Shown here: positions 54,759 through 64,000 of the stretch, piece by piece
Numbering within the stretch: position 1 is the first letter of the stretch
How the letters are laid out: each line of letters opens with the position of its first letter
Source: Octopus sinensis
Taxonomy: Eukaryota
Direction: 5' to 3'
Length of the DNA: 64,000 nt
Assembly: GCF_006345805.1 (NCBI RefSeq)
Contig: NC_043012.1
Coordinates: 31,558,001-31,622,000, forward strand
Made by a program: the position numbers and the translations under genes
The notes under the pieces: model-generated
Databases searched by the model: none
What the model was told of the DNA's origin: nothing
Seen by the model: the letters and a program-made list of their open reading frames with translations, nothing else

Positions 54759-55544
54759 GAAGTGTTATAACGCCGCTGTGACTGATTCACATGGAACACT
54801 TGGACGTGGAGCTTGTTTTCTGTGGGGGATGTAGAAGGATTCCGAAATATCTCAAACGCCTGTTTCTCATTGGTCTGTGCTGCCAGGAATAATTTACTCG
54901 TAAGTGGTGGAGCTGTCCCTAATTTGCTAATTAGACGTGCCATAAGGCCCTGGGTTTGGTATTGTTGCTGTGTATTGTAATAATGTTTGGGTTTAAGAAT
55001 CCGCAATAAAGCAACGGTTGACCGACCCAATTGTGGCAGAGACAGTCATGGTGGGGATGCGTTTGAAGGTAAAGAATCAAAAGTGTTTGGATTGTCTGTG
55101 AGTCGGTCGTGGAAATAACGGATAAAACTAGTCGATGTAGGGAGTTTAAGAGATACTTAAGTTTCAGGTTCTGCTAATAAGAAAGTTACTGCTTCTACAT
55201 TGATTAAATTATTGCTCAACTTTAAAATAGCTTTACGTAAGCCGTACTTGTTATAAGATGTTATAAGACTACAACATCAATGAGTTGGACGAATGTAACT
55301 CTTGAAAACCATGTGGGAAAATAAACAAGCAAGTCAAATATCGCTGCCGGAGAAGTAGTTGATGTCGCTGGTGCTATACGACTATTTAGAAGTCTGGAAT
55401 AACTTGACATTTATTTCACCACAACTTCAGATACAGCCATGTATTTATTGGAATTATTTCAGGAGACAAAATTTCTTACATGTTACACCATATTTTTGTT
55501 GGAATTACTTCAGTAACATAAGATGCTATATATATATATATATA

Positions 55545-55718
55545 TTCTCTCCTTTTTTCTCTCCTTGTTTCTATCCTTGTTTTTTCTGTGTCCCTTTCTG
55601 TAGAAGAGCGTAGGCTGGAAACGTAAAATACTTTTTCTATTCCTGGGCGTTATACTAATACATCTGTTTGTTTTGTACACCACCTGTCTTCGTCTTTTTT
55701 TTTCCGTAAACTCTCCCT
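55545..55718 (+). mobile_element. Solo PLE-terminus-like fragment inside (TA)n, with HHR-like motif
   Basis: CTGTAGAAGAGCGTAGGCTGGAAACGTA at 55598; matches 15900-16060. Confidence 0.65.
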
Positions 55719-55722
55719 ATAT

Positions 55723-55770
<48 letters not shown>

Positions 55771-57046
55771 TTTCCATTCTAACTGGCAAACAAATCAAGT
55801 GACGCTCTTTTTAGTATGCACCATAAGTAGATCAGCAAATTAATACAAAGCCAGATATTTCTTACCACCAAAAAAGAAAAATAACATATATCAGCAATTT
55901 TGTGTTCAGTTGAGATAATGTTTACAGACCTCTTCACACAAGATTTCATGCCATCTGGTGTGCCAATGTATATAGTTAAATGTCAAATACATAAATTGCA
56001 TGTGTATATTAGTCTATCTATAATAGCAAATGCACGTTTTGAATCCATGCCAGAAAATCTAGATCAGCTCTTAAGAAATTTGGTAAAGATTAGGATTTTC
56101 CACGAGCAACACGGTATCAATTTGTGTGAAATTCTTTGGAAACGGGAGCCTGCATATCCTTGTCAATGTTTGATACTTGTCTTAATTTGAATGCGAATCA
56201 TTTATTTGTTTCGGGCCTCATTTTTGTTTGGTGGTATTCATTTCCTCATTTCAATATGAATGAAACAGACGTGACAATTTTTACGAGAGATTAAACTATT
56301 CCCCGAATCGTTAGCGTTAATAATCTGATCATTTTACGCTATGTTGTCAAGTTCATTTATATTTGAAGGGCTAAGCTTACGGCTAATATCCATATATTTT
56401 CGTGAAGATATTTCTATTCATTAAGTTAACAATAAAATATGGAGATGTATTTACGCTTATTTCTGCACATCGATCTGAATATTCGTTTGTTAGCACGTTT
56501 TAGGAGCCTACATGCATGTAAATATATATATATGAACACAGACAGCAGCGCATGTATTAACTGAAGCGCATAAACTGTAGAACATGAAATCAGTGAAGTG
56601 TATAGTTTAGAATGAACTATAATAATGGGCATATATGTCAGTTTTATATATTATTTATGTGAGATAGTGTATTTTGTATATATTTATAATATGTGTGTTT
56701 AGTGATGTTTGTAAGCATTGAGACTAGACACATATGATGACTATAGGACACATTCTAATTCGACCAGTGGATGCATCTTTTTATTGTGGATACAGGGACT
56801 ATAAAAGAGAGGATCAACTCGTAAATCAACAGGAAAAGAGACGATCAAAGAAAAATCCATAACTCTTTGGCAAGAACCTTACTTCGAAAGAAAAAGCAAA
56901 AATAAAAAGACAAAAAATACCCCAGAACAAAGCAAAAAGCGGCACCCTTTAAATTGTAAAAGCCCTTCCCTCTCAATTCTCGATTCTCAAAACTAGTGTT
57001 GTTCCGCCTTGCAAAATCCCTCTTCCTCTGGGAGAGTATACAATAT

Positions 57047-57085
57047 ATCAGGTCATCCCATAAGTTCTGTCCGATTTTATCTATT
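57047..57085 (+). mobile_element. Probable Tc1/mariner-type terminal inverted repeat
   Basis: TATCAGGTCAT is the reverse complement of the ATGACCTGATA end of the mariner at ~2324-2334; no partner end found. Confidence 0.35.
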
Positions 57086-57979
57086 TTAAAATTGAATGAA
57101 ATTTAATAGTATTTTAGAATGTCCAGTGGAATTAAAAATTATTTTTATGCATTTATGTACATTTAAACTAATTAAATGTTATTTTACAGAATAATAGAAT
57201 TAGTTAAAATTTATTTGATTAGCACACTAATTTGGACCGTTATTAGTTTTATAAGAATTGGATGGATCATAACTGAAAACAGCTTCATGACTTATGAAGA
57301 ACGAATTTGTACGTAATCTGTTTCTGAGGGCTATTCTATTAAACCTCTGTCTAATCATTAAAACATTGATTTAATGATCCAGCATTAAGTGATGGAACAT
57401 GCATTTGCTGATCTTGAGAAAATCTCATCTCTCTTCTGACTCTCGCCTTCGGTTTTCTACAATCCTCCTGGCTTTATACTTGTTTCTGGAGAGATTATGT
57501 CTTTTCTTTAGTGGCATATTTTTTTCAGTATCATAAACAAAAAATTATGAACTCAGAAAGAAATTATACATTAATCCTTATTTTTGTAAGCAGTTGTATC
57601 CGTAAAAATTTATTTGAGGAGAGCAGAAATTGAAAGAAGAGAAAGCGAAAAGAACAGAGAAAGAAAGTGAAAGATGTATGTACGTCGATATGAAATGGAC
57701 GTGTGTGTGTGTGTGTGTGTGCGTGAGAGAGAAAGAGGTTGAGAAATAGAGATAGAGTGAGTGAGTGAAGGTGCGTGTCGTGATGATTGATGTCTTTTAA
57801 GGTACACGCACATAGAAAATGTGACGTTATCGTATAAAATGTTTACGATAGTTGATTTATGGAAAAGGTTATAATGTTAAAAATGCCAATATGTGAATGG
57901 AAATTAAGTTTAATTTGCAGCCGAAATAGTACTGAATCTTTTGATACTCCATACGTCAAAATTTTGGAATGCATAAGGA

Positions 57980-58212
<233 letters not shown>

Positions 58213-58926
58213 ACAGACTTCTTTGAAACTGAAAGTATTATCTCACATTACAATAGAGACGGGCTTTTCACAGATTTCGTATAAGACATATGCCTGCTCG
58301 AATTTCACGTTTCTCCGCAATGTTCCTAGCCCCAAATGGCTTATTTTTTATATCTAGCACTATGTCTTTCTCCATTTCTAAGTTAAGAGTTAAAATAAAG
58401 CAACCCTGCAAAACACAACTGATCTTTACACATAGACACACAAAATAACACCAATCAAATAACTACAACAGAATGGACGACAAGCATCAGCGATCTGACA
58501 GTCTCCTTTTCGCTTGACAAGAGATACCAGTTAGTCCTTTACACCTACCAAGCTCATTCGTATTAGCCCGAGTTGCTGGATAAATTTTCGTTCCTATAAG
58601 AATATTGTAGAACGGAAGCTTTTCATAGATTGGAATTTAAATCCTAATCTCTATAGAAACTCATTGTTTCAAGAAAACATTGAATTTAAATTACTCGGGC
58701 TATAACTTGTGAGCCCGAGTCAGGCGCATGTGAACGATGTCGAGAGGACGTCTGCTACGAATGATATCTTTTGACACAGGGCACTTCTGAGACGACCGCC
58801 AAACGCTGAACGAAAATAAATGAACTTCGACCAGGTTCAATAAAAGGAACCCGAGTCGCCACTGATGCATATATTTCTACATATTCACGTAAGTGTCTGC
58901 ATTTCTGTACTGTATTTAAAGATGTG

Positions 58927-59241
58927 TGGAGGTGCAATGGCCCAGTGGTTAGGTCAGCGGACTCGCGGTTGTAGGATCGTGGTTTCGATTCCCAGACCGG
59001 GCGTTGTGAGTGTTTATTGAGAGAAAACACCTAAAAGCTCCGCGCGGCTCCGGCAGGGAGTGGTGGCGATCCCTCCTGTACTCTTTCGCCGCACCTTTCT
59101 CTCTCTCTCTTTCTTCTGTTGGCCTGCTCGCTTAGCCAACTAGGTGGCGTCATTTGAAGGCTAAAACAAAGCGAAGCGCATTGTGACCAGCGATGTGTAG
59201 CAACATCTGATAGCCTTGTTGGTCACGGTGATCACGGTGAT
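58927..59241 (+). mobile_element. SINE family C with another tail, ending in (CACGGTGAT)2
   Basis: TGGAGGTGCAATGGCCCAGTGGTTAGG...GTTTCGATTCCCAGACCGGG. Confidence 0.85.
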
Positions 59242-59320
59242 TTTAAGATGTCTATGTATATTTAAAGATGTTCATGTATATGAGTGTATGTATGTTTATA
59301 TAAAGGTGTATATACACAAT

Positions 59321-59555
59321 AAGGCGGCGAGCTGGCAGAAATGTTAGCACGCCGGGCTAAATGCTTAGCAGTATTTCGTCTGGCGCTACGTTCTGAGTTC
59401 AAATTCCGCCAAGGTCGACTTTGCCTTTCATCCTTTCGGGGTCGATTAAATAAGTACCAGTTACGCACTGGGGTTGATGTAACCGACTGAATCCGTTTAT
59501 CTGTCCTTGTTTGTCCCCTCTGTGTTTAGCCCCTTGTGGGTAGTAAAGAATTAGG
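59321..59555 (+). mobile_element. SINE family B, full length, tail type 1
   Basis: Head GAGCTGGCAGAA, B-box GAGTTCAAATTCC, Nin/Deu-like GCCTTTCATCCTTTCGGGGTCGATTAAATAAGTACCAG. Confidence 0.9.
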
Positions 59556-59894
59556 TATATATACACAACGGGGACGCTGGTAAGCCTGTGCGACTGCAGG
59601 TCTTCCATAAATTACTTGGCCCGGACTTGTGCTTCCGAGGGTAACTTTCTAGGTTCAATCCTATGATCATTCATGACCGATAGAGGTTTTTACTCGTTAG
59701 CCTTTTCTTACATACACAGGGTTTTCGGGTTAAACTTGTCAGTTGGAAACAAACGGAAAAGTAAATAAATAGCCCATCCAAAGCTAAAAGTGTTTAAAAA
59801 AAATCAAAAAAGTATCAACTATACTACCGCTGGGAGATAACAACTAACTCAAATAACCGCGCTCAGCTTCCACCACAAATACTTCTACTAATGT

Positions 59895-59899
59895 TGCAG

Positions 59900-59946
<47 letters not shown>

Positions 59947-59970
59947 GCTGCTGCTGCTACTACTACTACA

Positions 59971-60016
<46 letters not shown>

Positions 60017-60150
60017 AAGTTAAGTAGTATTTGTAGTAGTAGTAGCAGCATTAGCATCTGCAATAGCGGTAGTAGTAGTTTTAGTAGTAGCAGCATCAGT
60101 ATCTGCAATAGCGGTAGTAGTAGCAGCAGCAGCAGCAGCTGTAGTAGTAT

Positions 60151-60184
<34 letters not shown>

Positions 60185-60197
60185 CAGCAGCAGCAGA
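59895..60197. repeat. (CTA)n tract followed by complementary (TAG)n/(CAG)n tract
   Basis: Direct reading. Confidence 0.9.
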
Positions 60198-60517
60198 TGA
60201 TATGGTTTTATGAACCGTGAAACTGGTAAGAGATAGCGAGTGAATAAACAGCAGAGTATAGTTGGGATGCTTAGCTTATGGCAAGAAAGTGAAGTTCTAG
60301 AAACAACAACTGCACTGGTTTACATTAACGTTCGGAGCTGTGTTTATATTCTAAAATCTTTGCTGTAGAGCGAAGAGAATTGATCGAGGAGAGGGGGGCG
60401 GGGGGCGGGGGTAGCGTTCGCTTGACGTTGTCACTCCACGCTATATTTAAAGGTTATTTGAATACTTGTTGTATGTGTAGGTGTAATGCCCGCGCGAATT
60501 TGTTTGTACGTGTGTCT

Positions 60518-60576
<59 letters not shown>

Positions 60577-60628
60577 TAAAAAAAACAAGTAAAAAATAGA
60601 AAATGCTAAAATAATTTTATAGTGAACA

Positions 60629-60672
60629 TTTCAGTACCGGTTTCGGTCATTTTGAGACCTTTTCAACTGTAA
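60629..60672 (-). ncRNA. Minimal type I hammerhead in the PLE terminus, with U3-A8 covariant core
   Basis: Minus strand: CAG-TTGAAAA-GGTC-tcaaaat-GACC-GAAA-CCGG-TA-CTG; palindromic stem III ACCGGT. Confidence 0.75.
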
Positions 60673-61438
60673 CGATTAAATAATTAAATTTAGAAAAATT
60701 AGAAGAAAAGTTTTTTTAAAAGAATATTTCTATAGTAGTGTTCAGATTTAAGTGGCATTCTGCCTTTCTCTGACTCCCTTGTTTGCACTTGTGTGTTCGA
60801 GGGTTGTGAGTTCTTGTGTGTAGTAGGTAGGTAGTAGAGTGAAGGCTGGTGAGGAAAGGGGGGTGGGAGAATCTGGGAGTGCCCTGATGGTCGTATTTTG
60901 AATGGTCAGTGGCGGCTGGCAGTCTCAGTTCAATTCAGGAGAATATTTATATTGACAGGCTTGTTTATAGAATTAGCGTAGGTGTTATACTAAAAAACAT
61001 TAGTGACAAACTTAAGGGGTAGGGGGTGAGAAGAAGAAGAAGAGAAGAAGAAGAAGAAGAGAAGAAGAAGAAGAGAAGAAAGGAAGAAGAGAGAAGGAGA
61101 AGGAGAGAGAGATGACGATGATGGTGATGGTGGTGATGATTATGACGACGATGATGATGATAACGATGATGAAGAAGAAGAAGAAGAAGAAGAAGAAGGA
61201 GGAGAAGGAGAAGATGGTGGTGATGATGGTGGCGATGATGATGATGCCGATGATGATGATAACGATGATGATGAAGAAGAAAAGGAAGAAGAAGAAGAAG
61301 AAAAAAACAGAGAAGGGAGAATATGAATGGGTGTAAATATAGCTATGAAGGGGCTGATTAGTAATGGATTCTATGGAGTGTGTAGTATTGGTGTGTGTAT
61401 ATATATTTTTTTTCTTTTATTCTAAAGTTGAGGTATAT

Positions 61439-63586
61439 TAATTGTTTGTCGTAGACCCGTTAAGAAGTGGCTTGTATTTTGTAATAAAGAGATTTTCTTT
61501 ACTTATTCGTTGTCTCGAGGTTGTATCGTCCCTAAATTGGTAGAGGGGGAAAATTCTGAAGTTTGGTGTTTTTTTTGTTGGCGCAAGTATCTATGTGTTG
61601 GCTAAAAGCTATTTTTGTTTTGGGGAATTTTTATCTGGGATCTGTGCAGGGCCATTCGTTTACGCAAACCATTTTTTGTTTGGCCTATGTACTGCTCTTG
61701 ACACCCGGAGCAGGTTAGTGAGTATATTAGGTTCTCCGAAGCACATGTGAAGTTGCTTTTCACTGTAAAACGTTGTCCCTGTTTGAAGGAGAACTCAGAA
61801 CCCTCGATTAGATAGTCGCATATCCCGCAATTGGGTCTTCCACATTTTTTTACTGTCGGCTTCTGTGTTGAAGAGTGAATTCGGCTTGTGTAAGGAGACT
61901 TTTCATGGATCTAGGCTGTCTTTTGCTTTTTATGATCGTGTGTGTTTGGAGGATTGTGTTCATTCTGTGGTCTTTTTTTAGGAGGGGTATGTTGTGGAGG
62001 ATGGTGTCGAAGGCTTCGTTATTGAGAGGGTGTGTGTGGAGATGTATGGTAAGGCTTTTGGTTGTAAGTTTTTCTTTGATTTGGATGTCTCAGTTCCTTG
62101 ATGTTAAGTTGAAGGGCACGTTGAATGCATTTGTCAATAAGTGAAGGTGGATAGTTCCTGGTGATTGGGTATCTTTTAGTTCTTGTAGTCGTGTGTCTCT
62201 GGTGTTTGCGTTAGAGACTATAGTGCATATCCTTTTTGCTAGATTGAAGGGGATATTCATCCTGGTGTGTCTGGGGTGGCATGAATTGAATGGAAGATAT
62301 TGCTTAGAGTCTGTAGGCTTATAGTATATGTCTGTTTCTATTATATTATTAGCTTTCTTAATGAGGATATCGAGGAAGGGGAGTTGTTGTTGGCTATATT
62401 CCATCGTGAATTGGATGTTTACGTCCAGTCCGTTTAAAATTTTCTGGAATTCTATGAGTTTTTCTATATTTTTATACCAAAGGATGAACAGTCATCTAGA
62501 TATCTCTTCCAGTTGTTTTCTATGTAGATGGAGAAAGGGCTGCCATATCTTTCTAGAACCTTACGATACACAGACTGATCTCTAGGTATCCTATGACTAG
62601 GTTGGCAAAGGAGGGGCCATTCGTGTACACATCGCAGTCCCCGATTTTTGTCGGTAGAAGTTGTCATTGAAGGCGAAGAAGTTATTTTCCAGGATGAATT
62701 TAACCCCTTCTATCACAAATTCTTTTTTGATGCGGTGTGTAGTTCGTTGGCGTGATTCTCTAGCCAGAATTGGATTGCCTCTAGTCCTAGGTTGTGGGGG
62801 ATATTGGAGTAGAGGTTGACTACATCGAAGAATACCAGTATGGTGTTTTTGTTTATAGTATTCGGTAGGTGATTGAGCAATATCTAAGTCGTCCCTTATA
62901 TAGCTTTTGACATGTTTGAGGAGTGGTTTTAACAGGGTGTCTAAAAAGTTACTGAGGCGGTGGGTTTCGCATGCGGGACCTGCTATTATGGGTCTCAATT
63001 TGAGGTCATTAGGATTAGGGACTTTAATTATTTTGTCTGTAGCTATCTTGCATGCGTTGCTTATTTTTTCACTTTTGTGGATCTTAGGTATACCGTAGAA
63101 TTGGCTAGTTTTACTTGTGAAATTGGTCATATAATCATATTCTTTGTCGGTTAGCCCTGCTTTGTATGGGTTTACTATGGATTTTAGTTCCCTCATTATT
63201 TTTTGTTGACTGTAGTTTTGTGCCTTTTCATAGTATGTTGTGTCTTCCAGCATAGAAAGTACCAAAGTTATGTAAAATGTCGTATCCATTAAGACAACAG
63301 CACTCCCTTTATCGGCCTCTTTGATTGTTATTGTTTTATCTAGTTTTAATTTGTTCAACTCAGCCCATTCTTTTTTGCTGAAGTTTGGTTTGTGTTTTTG
63401 TTTGTGCATATGTTGATATGGGTAATTTGATATGTGGTCACAGAAATCATCAAGTGTTTTATTCTTACCTTTCGAGGGGGTGTAGTTACTCCTATTTCTG
63501 GCTAACGATTCGTCCTCGTTGTATTTATCGTATAGCTCCTCAGTAAGTCTTAATTTTCTGCAGAATTCTGCGATGTCTTCTTTCAT
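61439..63586 (-). pseudogene. Frameshifted PLE reverse transcriptase / GIY-YIG endonuclease ORF
   Basis: ADKGSAVV, FYGIPKIHK, LRPIIAG, FDVVNLYSNIP, YRQKSGTAM, WKRYLDDC, LPFLDI, YYKPTD...SCHP, CGRPNCGIC, ENLIYSLTCSGCQEQYIGQT and ENLFITKYKPLLN, spread over several frames. Confidence 0.92.
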
Positions 63587-63680
63587 TTCATTTCATTGTA
63601 GTTGGTGGTGTTATATATATATATATATACTAGCAGTATAGCACACACAGATCCTGCCTTATATATATATATACAGATTA

Positions 63681-63736
<56 letters not shown>

Positions 63737-64000
63737 TATATATATATATATAGATATATATATATATATATATGCATGCAGTGTCTTTTTTTGTCTAATG
63801 TTAGATTTAATGCGGTGATATTGATAGCTCTTAATGATACTGGCATTTCGGTGGTTATATTTGTGATCGCGATTTCGCTGGTGGTAATAATGACTTTACT
63901 GAAATCAACTGTGTATACTTACTTACTTAACTGGCGGCGACTTAATTACAGGATTATCAATAACCAGATTTTACATTCTCTTTGATGATACGTTATGGTA

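Larger units (their letters stand above)
60573..63610 (-). mobile_element. Penelope-like retroelement (EN+, C-terminal GIY-YIG), probably 5'-truncated, between two (TA)n tracts
   Basis: RT and EN motifs, 3' UTR with (CTT)n/(CAT)n, terminal HHR; (TA)n at 60521-60572 and 63612-63775. Confidence 0.9.

Noticed and set aside
58693-58720. Small hairpin ACTCGGGCT...AGCCCGAGT
   Set aside because: A single 9-bp stem with no supporting context; could arise by chance

Overview
AT-rich, microsatellite-saturated eukaryotic non-coding DNA. The repeat repertoire (tRNA-headed SINEs with CORE-like and Nin/Deu-like domains, Penelope-like and Tx1-like retroelements, mariner relics) suggests an octopus/cephalopod genome; this is an inference. 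I recognised no host-gene exon, and almost all ORFs in the track are microsatellite or SINE artefacts. The only real coding remnants are a frameshifted Penelope-like element (RT + GIY-YIG, ~60573-63610, minus), a second PLE 3' end (37370-39275), Tx1-like LINE fragments and Tc1/mariner fragments. The main signal is a set of minimal type I hammerhead ribozyme (HHR) motifs in several different non-coding elements, mostly beside (TA)n tracts: a 3x ~395-bp tandem array (14380-15552), a 558-bp monomer forming a ~1.06-kb palindrome (31222-32386), a tRNA-headed element with an HHR tail (3401-3805), and the PLE termini. Together these look like a PLE/retrozyme system. A Nin-domain SINE also shares its 3' tail with the (TATC)n-embedded Tx1-like LINE. 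All folds and alignments were done by eye.
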